From positions 5,518,001-5,582,000 of the forward strand of contig NC_086127.1 of assembly GCF_963921235.1 (NCBI RefSeq): DNA of 64,000 bases. The letters are read 5' to 3'. A program made the position numbers and the translations under genes. The stretch comes from Mobula hypostoma. Lineage: Eukaryota. This document shows positions 1 through 11,630 of the stretch, one piece after another. The notes under the pieces are model-generated. The model was not told where the DNA came from. It saw nothing but the letters and a program-made list of their open reading frames with translations, and ran no database searches. Numbering within the stretch: the stretch's first letter is position 1; every line of letters starts with the position of its first letter.

Positions 1-562
1 ATCTATAGCTGGAGAGTTTAATTATCAAGGTCGCTAACTGCAAGATTCGCAAACATTCCGTTCCTTAAGATCGCATTGGGTCTCTTTGTGACAGTGCGGG
101 AGGTCACGGAAAGCGGGAGTAGGATACATCGTTAAAGTAGCGGGTAACGGGAAACTCAGCATTTTTCCGCAGTCTCGGATATTTCCCCGCAAAGCGAATG
201 GGCGCTTGGTTCCTCCAGTGTAAGAGAGGCCACAATGTGCAACCGATCCCGACTGTGCTGATGAGCAGAGCGACCTATTCTGCCGCTATTTTCAGTCGTT
301 CTGTTCAAACCTCGATCCACTGATTAAAATTAGATCAAAAGTGTATAATAACAGCATTTCACAGAACTACCAGCAAAGTTTTACTGAGAGAAATCTCAGT
401 TTCGTAACTTGACCGCCCGTGTAGGGCAGCAGTGCGCCGTGTGTGTCGATTAATTTCGTGACAACACTGGACAGACACACCAGGAATTGAAACACGTGAG
501 GAGGCAGCAAACATTCATATATTTTCTCGTGTCCCGTTTCCTCTTTGCGAACACATGCTTAC

Positions 563-868
563 CTTTAACGTCCATGGTAATAGTTTCCTTGGCCTTTTGG
601 ACGCCCTTCGCTAAAACAGCGCATCCCAGAGATTCCCCGTGATGAGCGAGTGAGGGAGTGAACGTCAGCGCCGACGTCACCAGCCGAGTGCCAGGCCCTT
701 CATTGACAACCTTCCCTTCCGCTTTGCTGTCCTGTGCCGTAACCACGTGATCTGAAACGATCCAGTTTAATTCCAGTTTGTCTCTGGAACAGCTGTCGGG
801 AATGGAGCAGGTCAAACGCGCCCTTTGTCCAGCGATCAGATCCTCACCAACCGAGATCCGAGGCTTTT
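563..868 (-). CDS. Siglec/MAG/CD33-like gene, exon 3 (C2-set Ig domain); gene continues beyond the left edge of the window
   Basis: AG acceptor at 870-869 and GTAAGC donor after 563, phase 1/1, 306 nt. Translation EKPRISVGEDLIAGQRARLTCSIPDSC...W...TSALTFTPSLAHHGESLGCAV...TITMDVK fits Siglec domain 2 (LTCS..xC, S.L..TP...HG..L.C). Confidence 0.85.
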
Positions 869-1009
869 CTAGAACCGGAGAACGCGTTCAGAAGGGTGTA
901 AATTTCAATAATACAGCCATAAGATAAAGAAACATAGAAATCATGACATCTCGCTATTTCACTGTCTCCCTTCAGCACGGAGTTTTGCGTACGGTAACGG
1001 CCGGAGGAA

Positions 1010-1470
1010 GGTAGTGTGTGCTCCGGGGAGAGTGCAGCGGAGATTCACCAGGCCGTTGACTAGACTGGAGAGCTGGAGTTATGGGCAGAGATTGGGCAAA
1101 CTGGTTTCTTTTCCAAGGAGCGGTGACCTGATGGAATTAGAGAAGAGGCCCGGGTTGGGGAGAGGGTGTAATTCCTATCCCATGGTAAGAGTGTGTAAAA
1201 ATCAAGGCACATGCGTTACAGAGAGACAGATTTTTAAAAGGGGACTGAGGGGCAGGTCTATGCAGAGAAAGACGTTACGTAAAAATGCCTAGCAACAACT
1301 ATTTTACGATAAACTATGCCTCACTTGACGTCTCCACGTCGCTCAACGAGGCATTGCTTGAAGTATGGCTCTACTGCGGGGAAGTCAGATCGCGGCAGAT
1401 GAGCGGAAATATCAGGGTGAACACGGGGTGCCGAAGGTCCTGTTTCTGTGCTGTTTGACAGTATAACGCC
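1010..1470 (+). mobile_element. Degenerate CR1 LINE 3' fragment
   Basis: RVQRRFTR..L.Y..RL remnant and CR1-like 3' UTR. Confidence 0.6.
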
Positions 1471-1644
1471 AAGAGTAAGACCATTCGCTCCATCGAATCC
1501 ATGCTGTCCTCCAGTGCAATCGTCTGAATTCCTTACCCTACTCGCTTCCCCGCAGCCTACCTACTCTCAATCAACGAACCTGTTCTCTCGCTGGCGCTGA
1601 AAACATCGGTATGTATTTCACACGAACACCTGGTGGTCTTTAAA

Positions 1645-1840
1645 ATGCAAACACGAGGGAATCTGCAGATGCTGGAAATTCAAGCAACACACACAAAATG
1701 CTGGTGGAACGCAGCAGGCCAGGCAGCATCGATAGGAAAAAGTACAGTCGAGTCAAGGGTCTCGGCCAGAAACGTCGACTGTACTTCTTCCTATAGATGC
1801 TGCCTGGCCTGCTGCGTTCCACCAGGATTTTGTGTGTGTT
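1645..1840. mobile_element. Palindromic Penelope-terminus-derived short element with partial hammerhead motif
   Basis: ~65-bp near-perfect inverted arms (~1686-1751 and ~1774-1840) around AAGGGTCTCGGCCAGAAACGTCGACTG. Confidence 0.65.
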
Positions 1841-2253
1841 ACCTGGTGGTCTTTGTGTTTGGGGAGGGAGCTGCCGCATTAAGGCGGTAGTTGAACGAGA
1901 TGGAGACGACAGCAGGAGCCCGTACAACCCCCAGATGAAAACACACACGGCGTGTTTCTATGTTCATTTGTGTTCTGTGCCTAACCAGTGACGGGAAACG
2001 TCGTTTTTGCCCTTTCGTGCGTAAATTGCCCGTAGATGCGCGATGCTGGAGATGACAGATTAGCGTTATTACCTAGATTATGAAGTTTAGTTAATTTAAT
2101 AAAACTCTGGCATTCGTATATAACTGTGCGTTAGTAATGAAAATGGATGGTGTGTGTAGTCACCGATCTAAAGTACTCCTCTGAACGCCGACGTCACTTC
2201 ACATCTGCATGGAAGCCCAACTGGAGAAAGTTTACAAAACTAGGACCACTCAC

Positions 2254-2628
2254 CCCAAACAGTGAGAAAGGATTGTGAGCTTCCGGTGCGATGGGTCGTA
2301 CTGGGAAAGGTCGTGTAGATATCTACTGTGAATATATATGAACCTTCGTCTCTCTTCTTGGCATCATTTATTCGCAGAGAGCAGTCTCCCTTTTCAGGTT
2401 TGCCGCTGAAATCTGCTCGGTTGATCGACCTGCGACGGGAAAAAGTGCGACTACTGAAATTATAGTCAAAGACGGCTTCAATTCGGGTACTTCGAGAGCT
2501 GGTCGCCATCCACTGTGCCCGCAGTCTGCTGGGAAAGTCGGGAATGCGCAAGGCGCAATCGATCTCGGCACAAGCTCCCACTACCGTCGAAACGCTTTGC
2601 TGCATCGTCACCGTCACTTGTGTAGAAA
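2254..2628 (-). CDS. Siglec/MAG/CD33-like gene, exon 2 (V-set Ig domain)
   Basis: tttctAG acceptor at 2630-2629 and GTGAGT donor after 2254, phase 1/1, 375 nt. VTMQQSVSTVVGACAEIDC...W...FSGKPEKGDCSLRINDAKKRDEGSYIFTVDI shows the Siglec-type CxxxxC, an E-strand DCSL and no F-strand Cys. Confidence 0.85.
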
Positions 2629-3229
2629 CTAGAAATGAGAAACAGGATCTGTAATTATTTCCTCCAGGAGCCCATTCAAAACCTCTTCAAGTGTGGAAAA
2701 TAGTTTGCTGTGGGCTTTGTGGGCCCATTAATGTACAGTCGGCCACCATAATTATATACATTCAAAACTGTTATCTCTATCTTTTCTGAGCTCAAGCTGG
2801 TAAAACATGGGCTACGGGCATAAACACGCACACTCATTTCCCAGTCGCTAGGAACTTACGGAGTATTCTAGTGATGTTTAGGGTTGTGGATTTATGGGCA
2901 TTTACATGAATATCCGTTTCTATATGTTCTGTGCGTTTGGAATGGTTGTATCTATTCAGTAAGTGGTTTTTGTTTGTTTATCCTGTGTTGTTATATCTGG
3001 ACGGGTATTATGGATTGTCCCGTCTGTAATAACGGATCGGTTGGAATACAATTTGCGGGGCCCTGACTCTAAAACTGGACCAGGCTTCTATTTGTAATGA
3101 GGTGTGGGATTTTTATGAGTTTGCATTTTAAAGGAAGATTGTGCTAAGTAAGATTTGCCAGGTGATTGTGTCTGTGCAAGTGATCAAATGCAGTTAAATT
3201 GCTGGAGGAACTGAAATACGTTTGCTTGT

Positions 3230-3500
3230 TTCTGGTCTCTCGGCATTTTCTGCATTTATAGTCTTGAATTTATTGGTATTTATTCTGTTGTTGATATTTT
3301 TTTATCTTAACCACGTGGTCCTGTGTTGCCACAAGGAGCCCGATTCTGGGCAGAAGTCTTCAACTCCTTGAACTCTTCCTTGAACGCCAAGGGAAACAGT
3401 CTGCCCAGATTGTGGGGATGCCTACCAAGGAGGGTCACGCTCTTCCCCTGGTCATTTTATTTCCCTTTTGTACTGATCATTTCTTCAATGTTTCTGGGTT
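3230..3500 (-). mobile_element. R4/Dong-clade non-LTR retrotransposon fragment (its 3' end type also seen at ~2780-2890)
   Basis: Reverse strand resembles the LHGRHP..DLxPExGFLVATQD..CRKC segment seen at 38070-38144/41041-41170 and 63830-63990. Confidence 0.6.
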
Positions 3501-3631
3501 TCGCTTCATTCAATTTTAGTAGTGTGTGCTTCTTAACAGAATACATATGCTCGCGTGGAGTGCTGAACTTCGTTTTCGTTAATGAAAATATATGCTTGGA
3601 AGTTTCATCTGACAGTTGAGTAAATTTAGAC

Positions 3632-4100
3632 CAGAATTAGAATCAGAATCAGGTTTATTATCACCGGCATGTGTCCTGAAATTCGTTAACTTAGTAGCAG
3701 CAGTTCAATGCCATATCGGACGGTAGAGGGGAAGAAACTGTTCCCGAATCGCTGAGTGTGTGCCTTCAGGCTTTTATACTTCCTACCTGATGGTAACAGT
3801 GAGAAAAGGGCATATCCTGGGTGCTGAAGGTCCTTAATAATGGACGCTGCCTTTCTGAGACACCGCTCCTTGAAGATATCCTGGGTACTTTGTAGGCTCT
3901 TACCCAAGGTGGGGCTGACTAGATTTACAACCTTCTGCAGCTTCTTTGGGTCCTGTGCAGTAGCCACCCCCACCCCCCCATACCAGACAGTGATCGGCCT
4001 GTCAGAATGCTCTCCACGGTACATCTATAGAGTTTTCTGAGTGTTTTTTGTTGACATACCAAATCACTTCAAACTCCGAATGGATTATAGTCGCTGTCTT
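3632..4100 (-). mobile_element. Rex1/Babar-like LINE 3' fragment with (TTCTGA)n tail
   Basis: CLRKAASIIKDLQHPGYALFSLLPSGRKYKSLKAHTQRFGNSFFP; AATAAA plus hexamer tail at 3632-3658. Confidence 0.75.
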
Positions 4101-4104
4101 ACTA

Positions 4105-4960
4105 TAAGACCACCGCCGGATGCAAACCGAATTGCCGCCACCGTCGCTTGCCCCTGGGTCCGCTGTGTTGCGTTCCGCCGCTGCGGGCTGTGCTGCACTG
4201 TGGCGGGCCGCTCTGAGACCGGTGGTGGTTATTGATGCACCGCCTGGTATGCGTCCTGGAGCCGCCCTTCAGCGCCGGGGTAGAGCGTTGTCCCCGGTAC
4301 AACCACACGGGCCCCCGGCGGGACAGCAGGTCCAGGACAATGATGCAGGACTCGCGGGTGTCGGCCAGTCACACCGCGTGATCCACTGTGTTTTTCCCCA
4401 CTACGATGCTCAGTCACCTCTTCCCTCTCATCAGCGCACGGTCGCCAGCCGGACCACCGGCCGTGGACAAGCCTTGCTCTTCACCCAAACGGTCCACCCG
4501 GAGAGGCGGCACCGGAGGGGTTCTGCTGGAGGTCTCAGGCGGCGCCGCCCGCTCGACGTTTCCCGGTGGCTGCGCTGGGCTGTGGCGTGGTGCAGTACCG
4601 GGCCAAATGGCCAGCCTCGCCACACCGGTAGCAGATATCGGTCCACGGCACGCTGCGGAGCCGGCTGCGGTTGGACCTGTCTCAAGGGCTCCTCCTCGGC
4701 AGTTTCCTTCTCCTCCTCGTGGGTACCCCGGTGCGTGACGTGAGGGAGGCGGCTGATACATACCGCCGTGTTGGGGAGCTTGGGTACGCTCAACCCCGTC
4801 GGGGTTCTCTGGACGGCACGATGCTCGGTTCATAGGTTCTCCTACCGTGTCAGCGTCCCGTTTTGGGGTATCCGCCCCGCGAATGCTGGGGAGGCATACA
4901 GCTCGGTCCCTCGGCTTATATCAGAGATCAGACCTGCCAGTCCACAATTGTGCTACAAGT
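4105..4960 (-). mobile_element. Ty3/Gypsy-like LTR retroelement gag-protease remnant
   Basis: GC-rich block. A frame absent from the ORF track reads ICYRCGEAGHLARYC (CCHC zinc knuckle, ~4592-4637), followed by QPPGN and protease C-terminal-like LADTRESCIIVLDLL. Confidence 0.65.
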
Positions 4961-4971
4961 TCTGCAATTCC

Positions 4972-7900
4972 CCAGTCGAGCCTCAAGGGTGGCATCCTCG
5001 GGATTGTTGCCAGTGCTACGTGACAGTGATGGTAAGAATTGGAGGAGATGGCAGTTGAATGCGTGGCTGAGGGGTTGTTGCAGGGAGTCAGTGTTATGGA
5101 TTTTTGGATCATTGGGATCTCTGCTGGGGAAGGTGGGACCTGTACGGATTGGATGGGTTGCACATGAACTCGAGGGGAGCAATATCCTTGCAGGTAGGTT
5201 TGCTACCATGGTTCGGGAGGGTTTAAACTAATTTGCGAGGGGGCTGGGACTCGGAGCGATAGAGCAGTGGAAGAAGTGCATGGAGTAAAGCCAGATCTAA
5301 CATACAGAGAGGCTTTGAGGAAAGAGAAGCAGAATAAAGGGTGTAAGAGTAGGAAGGCAGAAGGGCTAAGGTGTGTGTACTCAATGCAAGAAGCATCAGG
5401 AACAAAGGTGATGAACTGAGAGCTTGGATACATACATGGAATCATGATGTAGTGGCCATTACAGAGACTTGGCTGGCACCAGGGCAGGAATGGATTCTCA
5501 GTATTCCTGGATATCAGTGCTTTAAAAGGGATGGTGGGGGGGGGGGGGAAGGGGAAGAGGGGTGGCATTACTGGTCAGGGATACAATTACAGCTACAGAA
5601 AGGGTGGGGAATGTAGCAGGATCCTCTTTTGAGTCAATATGGGTGGAAGTCAAGAACAGGAAGGGAGCACTTACTGTATTTGGGGTATTCTATAGGCCCC
5701 CTGGTAGCAGCAGAGATACAGAGGAGAAGACTGGGAGGCAGATTTTGGAAAGGTGCAAAAATAACAGGGCTGTTATCATGGGTGACTTTAACTTCCCTAA
5801 TATTGATTGGCACCTGATTAGTTGCAAGGGTTTAGATGGGGCAGAGTTTGTTAAATGTGTCCAGGACGGATTCCTTTCACAGTATGTTGACAGACCGACT
5901 AGGGGGAATGCCATACTAGATCTAGTACTAGGTAATGAACCAGGTCAGGTCACAGATCTCTCAGTGGGTGAGCATCTGGAGGATAGTGACCATCGCTCCC
6001 TGGCCTTTAGCATTATCATAGAAAAGGATAGAATCAGAGAGGACAGGGAAATTTTTAATTGGGGAAAGGCAAATTATGAGGCTATAAGGCTAGAACTTGC
6101 GGGTGTGAATTGGTATGCTGTTTTTGCAGGGAAATGTACTATGGACATGTGGTCGATGTTCAGAGATCTCTTGCAAGATGTTAGGGATAAATTTGTCCCG
6201 GTGAGGAAGATAAAGAATGGTAGGGTGAGGGAACCATGGGTGACAAGTGAGGTGGAAAATCTAGTCAGGTGGAAGAAGGCAGCATACATGAGGTTTAGGA
6301 AGCACGGATCAGATGGGTCTATTGAGGAATATAGGGAAGGAAGAAAAGAGCTTAAGAACGGGCTGAGAAGAGAAAGAAGGGGGTATGAGAAGGCGTTGGC
6401 GAGTAGGGTAAAGGAAAACCCCAAGGCATTCTTCAATTATGTGGAGAACAAAAGGATGACAGCGTTGGAGGTAGGACTGATTAGAGATAAAGGTGGGAAG
6501 ATGTGCCTGGAAGCTGTGGAATTGAGCGAGGTTCTCAATGAATACCTCTCTTCGGTATTCACCAATGAGCGGGAACATGATGATGGTGAGGACAATATGA
6601 GTGAGGTTGATGTTCTGGAGCATGTTGATATTAAGGGAGAGGAGGTGTTGGAGTTGTTAAAATACATTAGGATGGGTAAGTCCCCGGGGCCTGACGGAAT
6701 ATTCCCCAGGCTGCTACACGAGGCGAGGGAAGAGATTGCTGAGCCTCTGGCTAGGATCTTTGTCCTCGTTGTCCACGGGAATGGTACCGGAGGATTGGAG
6801 GGAGCGAATGTTGTCTCCTTGTTCAAAAAATGTAGTAGGGATAGTTCGGGTAATTATAGACAAGCGAGCCTTACGTCTGTGGTGGGAAAGCTGTTGGAAA
6901 AGATTTTTAGAGATAGGATCTCTGGGCATTTAGAGAATCATGGTCTGATCAGGGACAGTCAGCATGGCTTTGTGAAGGGCATATCGTGTCTAACAAACCT
7001 GATAGATTTCTCTGAGGAGGTGACTAGGCATATAGATGAGGGTAGTGCAGTGGATGTGATCTACATGCATTTTAGTAAAGCATTTGACAAGGTTCCACAC
7101 GGTAGGCTTATTGAGAAAGTCAGAAGGCTTGGGATCCAGGGAAGTTTGGCCAGGTGGATTCAGAATTGGCTTGCCTACAGAAGGCAGAGGGTCATGGTGG
7201 AGGGAGTACATTCAGACTGGAGGGTTGTGACTAGTGGTGTCCCACAAGGATCTGTTCTGGGACCTCTACTTCTCGTGATTTTTATTAACGACCTGGATGT
7301 GGGAGTAGAGGTGTGTGTTTGCAAGTTTGCAGACGACACAAATGTTGGTGGTGTTGTAGATAGTGCAGAGGATTGTCGAAGATTGTAGAGAGACATTGAT
7401 AGGATGCAGAAGTGGGCTGACAAATGGCAGATAGAGTTCAACCCGGAGAAGTGTGAGGTGGTACACTTTGGAAGGACAAACTCCAAGCAGAGTACAAAGT
7501 AAATGGTAGGATACGTGGCAGTGTGGAGGAGCAGAGGGATCTGGGGCTACATGTCCACAGATCCCTGAAAGTTGCCTCACAGGTAGATAGGGTAGTTAAG
7601 AAAGCTTATGGGGCGTTAAGTTTCATAAGTCGAGGGATAGAATTTAAGAGTCACGATGTAATGATGCAACTCTATAAAACTCTAGTTAGGCCACACTTGG
7701 AGTACTGTGTCCAGTTCTGGTAGCCCCACTATAGGAAGGATGCAGAAGCATTAGAAAGGGTGCAGAGGAGATTTACCAGGATGCTGCCTAGTTTAGAGAG
7801 TATGGATTATGATCAGATATTAAGGGAGCTAGGGTTTTTCTCTTTGGAGAGAAGGAGGATGAGAGGAGACATGATAGAGGTGTACAAGATATTAAGAGGA

Positions 7901-8227
7901 ATAGATAGAGTGGACAGCCGGCGCCTCTTCCCCAAGGCACCACTACTCAATACAAGGGGACATGGCTTTAAGGTAAGGGGTGGGAAGTTCAAAGGGGATA
8001 TTAGAGGAAGGTTGTTTACTCAGAGAGTGGTTGGTGCGTGGGATGCACTGCCTGAGTCAGTGTTGGAGGCAGATACACTGGTGAAGTTTGAGAGACTACT
8101 AGACAGGTATATGGAGGAATTTAAGGTGGGGGGTTATATGGGAGGCAGGATTTGAGCGACGGCACAACATTGTTTGCCGAAGGGTCTGGAATGTGCTGTA
8201 CTACTCTATGTTATATGTTCTATGTTC
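4972..8227 (+). mobile_element. CR1 LINE: ORF1 C-terminus (SGNH esterase-like) plus near full-length disrupted ORF2 (APE endonuclease + RT)
   Basis: LNARSIRNK, ITETWL, MGDFNFP, LDLVL, SDH, QHGFVKG, FSKAFDKVPH, GVPQGSVLGP, FADDT. Frameshift at the poly-G run ~5536-5548, compensating shifts ~6765-6805, stops at 7386 and 7721. (TATGTTC)-like tail. Confidence 0.95.
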
Positions 8228-8289
8228 ATTCACCTGTCCGTGTAGACGGTGAAGTCGGAATTCACACCTGCAGTCCTGTATTCGTCACT

Positions 8290-9375
8290 CTTTTCCACTT
8301 TGTCCCGCTTTTACGTTTCAACTCATCCCCTTGACTACGACGTTGCCCCATAATCAGGCTATTCTTGCCAGTGGTCTCACTACACATTGCTCCTATTTGC
8401 TTAACCAACTACCCCACCCTCAGTCCTATCACTCTGGTTCCCACCCCGCAGCCAATTTAGTTTGAACTCTCCAGAGAACCTCCAGCAGACTTGACCGCAC
8501 AGATATTGGTCTCCTTCGGGTTCAGGTGTAACCCGTCCCGTGTGTACAGGTCCTACCTTCCCCAGCCGAAATCTCAGTCATCCAGATATTTGGACTCTGC
8601 CCCCTGCGCCAGTTCCTCGGCCACGCATTTATCTGCCAAATGCTCCTATTCTTACCATCACTGGCGAGAGGCTCTGGAGCAAACTAGAGTCCATCACCCT
8701 GTTGTCTTGCTTTTCAGCTTTCTATCACGCTCCATGACATCTCTCTTCAGGACCTCCTCAATTACCCTGCCTATGTCATTGCTGCCAATTTGGGCCAAGA
8801 CTTCGACCTGTTCGCCTTCCCCTTCAGAAGGCCGTGAACCTGACCCGAGATTTCCCTGACCCTGGTATCTAGGAGGCAAGACACCATTCGGGTGTTTCCA
8901 TCGCGTCCACAGAATCTCGCCACTATTTCTCCATCCATGGACTCTCCTCTCAATATTGCAGTGCTCTTCACCTCTCCTCTCTTCCGACCCTGAGCGCCAG
9001 AGACCCGGCGCTGCGGCTTCCCTCTGGTAGATCGTCCCGCTCAACAGTATCTATAACAGTATACTTATTATTGAGGGAAACGGCCACGGGGGTTCTCTGT
9101 AGTGGCCACCCATTTCCATTCCTTCTTCTGACAGCCATCCAGTAACCCGCCCACCGCAGCCGAGGGTGACGGCTTCCCTGTAGCTCCGATCTATCACTTC
9201 CTCAGTCTCCCGTGTGAGCCGAAGGAAATCGAGCTGGAGTTCCAGTTCCCGACCACATTCCCCGAGGAGTCGCGGTTCGGTGCATTATCCTGGGAGATGG
9301 GATTATCCTGGAGGCTGGAATTCTCATAGAATTCCCACATCTCTCACACAGAACGCAACCCAGTCCCTAGGACCA
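8290..9375 (-). mobile_element. CR1 ORF1 (esterase-domain type) remnant
   Basis: RFCGRDGNTRMVSCL..RV..IS and EGEQVEVLAQIGSNDIG motifs of CR1 ORF1. Confidence 0.75.
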
Positions 9376-9729
9376 TTCTCACTGCTCTAACTGAGTAATC
9401 GCAGACCAGCGATGAAGGAAGGAGGAGGAGGAGGAGGAGGAGAAAGAGAAGAAAGAAGAAGGGACGTACTAGATACCTACCTCAACAAGCCTGATGAGCA
9501 AATAATTCTAATATTTGACTTAATTGTTTGCTTTACGATGAAGAAGCGTGAATTTTAAATCGCCAATTTGTAGGAGCCGGTGGCAATGTATAATTCGGTT
9601 GCTTATTTCTGATTTTATATTCTATTTTCTCCCAATTCTGTAAACGAGAGAGCGGGCTTAAAGCCGTACAAAACAATAGTGGGCTTAGAGAGTCGACCAG
9701 GAACGGCTCCATGTGATTTTGCAAACGGC

Positions 9730-10300
9730 GGTTGTTCTTTTACGGATATTAATAGATTATAGTGTCCCAATACTTCACCAATTACTGTGGGAATTTCACA
9801 GGTATTGGGTGCAGCTTAGATATTTTAAGAGCTTCTATTAACCACGTGTGGGGCAGAATCAAGTGCTTTATGGCACTCAGTATAACAGCGTGAAAGATTT
9901 CTGCTTTTTGGCCGGACTTGATTTAGAATTGAAGAATCTGCGCTTCTGTAAGTATATTATGGCGATCTAAGTGAGTGCTGAGTAGTTGCGAGATACATGG
10001 TGTTACAATTTTATATACATTTTGTAAGTAAGTAATTGGACGATATTTTGATGGGTTGTTTGTGATTTCTCCTTTTGGTAAGAGATATTTTTGTCTTATC
10101 AAACATTCGGGCACTTTCTCAGAATTTGAAGGAAAACGGTTGATATGTTTTGATAGGTACGGATCAATACAGATTATTACTATTATTATATTTAAAATAA
10201 TTTATTCTTAGATCAGTGCGCTACTCACTAGACGCGCTTTTAAATGTGTATTGCAATAACTCTTCTTTCTAATTCACATAAATGTCATCTATCTTAGCGC
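9730..10300 (-). mobile_element. R4/Dong-like RT fragment
   Basis: YLLPKGEITNNPSKYRPITYLQNVYKIVTPCIS..HLDRHNILTEAQ. Confidence 0.7.
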
Positions 10301-10351
10301 AGAATATATTTTATAAGTTAACCAACACCCGGTGAAAAGCGATAACAACGT

Positions 10352-10462
10352 CTCTCTCTCTCACTCTCTCTTCTGTCTCTATTTCTATTTATTTCTCTCT
10401 TACACACACACACACTCAGACTGACTCTTTCTCTCTCACACACACTCACTCTCTCTCTTTCT
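10352..10462. repeat. Mixed (CT)n/(CA)n microsatellite
   Basis: Seen directly in the sequence. Confidence 0.8.
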
Positions 10463-10660
10463 TTGTTTAGCAACAAATGATAACAGCACACCAACGTATT
10501 CAACTGTAATATGTCAACCCTAAACTTATGAAACACTCTGTGCATCACAATTATATCTTCTTTGCCCTGCTTGCTTAGTAAAGATTTTTGCTCCCATTTC
10601 TCCGACATTTCCCCATGCGCTAGGTAACACCATTCACAAACTATGCTTAAATAATTTTAC

Positions 10661-10709
10661 CTTCGGGAAGCGTCAAGAGGAAAAGAACCAGAGAGCCGCA
10701 CGTGGCCAT
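10661..10709 (-). CDS. Siglec-like gene, exon 1 (signal peptide MATCGSLVLFLLTLPE; alternative ATG at 10715)
   Basis: Hydrophobic leader of 16 codons + 1 nt, then a GTAAAA donor. Phase 1 joins the V-set exon in frame (..LPE|VSTQVTV). Confidence 0.7.
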
Positions 10710-11019
10710 GAACATTGCTGATCGCACTGGCCGATTCGGGAGTCGAATACTCGGTGTGTTTTCCCATCCGCCCGACCTGGGATGGCTTTGGTAATGGTTG
10801 TTCAGCTGATGATCAACTCTCATTCCGCTCATCTACCCAGCCCTGCTGACTGTGGCTGTCAAGACAGCCTGTTGGAGCTGTGGATTGTGAGATCCCCGCT
10901 CATACCGGCTGCTGGCACATCAGTGATTAATAAGCTGTTGCTGGATACGCACACACCCAGAGAACAGCCCAAAATAACTAACGAGTTGTTTTCTCAAACC
11001 AATACTGGTATGCTACTCA

Positions 11020-11630
11020 CGCATCTTCCTGAACCTTTTCTTGTTGTGGTTAATGCATGCGAATGTGCACCATATGCCCACCGCCCACTCTTTCCGGAAG
11101 CGAATACAACACCGAAGACGTGGATGCCCTCACTGAACTCAGCTTGACCGCCATGTGTTGCGACCTGCGGTTCCTTATGGCCGCCGGTCTGAGTGAGGCT
11201 GGGCGCCTGTGACGTCACAGGCGGCAGCCACGTCAGCCGCACGCGGCCCCCGCCCTGTCGATCATCTTTCAGACAATTTAATTAACGAGAAAGGTCGCAT
11301 TTCTTTTTGCAGAAATTAAATATTTCCTTTCATTGTTGAAAACTTTTGCAGATATTAAATCGCTGATCCCCCTCATAAATTAAAGAAAATTTCAAACAAA
11401 GAAAAATTAAATTAAGGAGATTCGGACCTTGTCATCAATTAAAATGCTAATTGATTTCGGAATTGGCGATATTTTGCAATAGTCTGTCTCGGGTTTAACA
11501 GGGTGTGGAAAATGCGGAGGTTTAAGTCCGAATAGTTTTGTTTTTACGTGTTTCTGCCGGCCTGCTGTCTCCTCAGATTATTAGTTTGGTTTGCCGTTGT
11601 AAATTGCACCAACTGCGCGCATGCGTGATG
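11020..11630 (-). promoter_or_regulatory. Candidate CpG-rich promoter region upstream of Siglec-like exon 1
   Basis: 20-bp perfect palindrome with CRE core TGACGTCA (11204-11223), GC box CCCCGCCC (~11248), TTCCGGAA ETS-like site (~11091), NRF1-like GCGCATGCG (~11617). Confidence 0.4.

Noticed and set aside
4102-4833. Overlapping GC-rich ORFs (207, 139, 120 aa) as novel genes
   Set aside because: Explained by high GC content within a Gypsy-like remnant.
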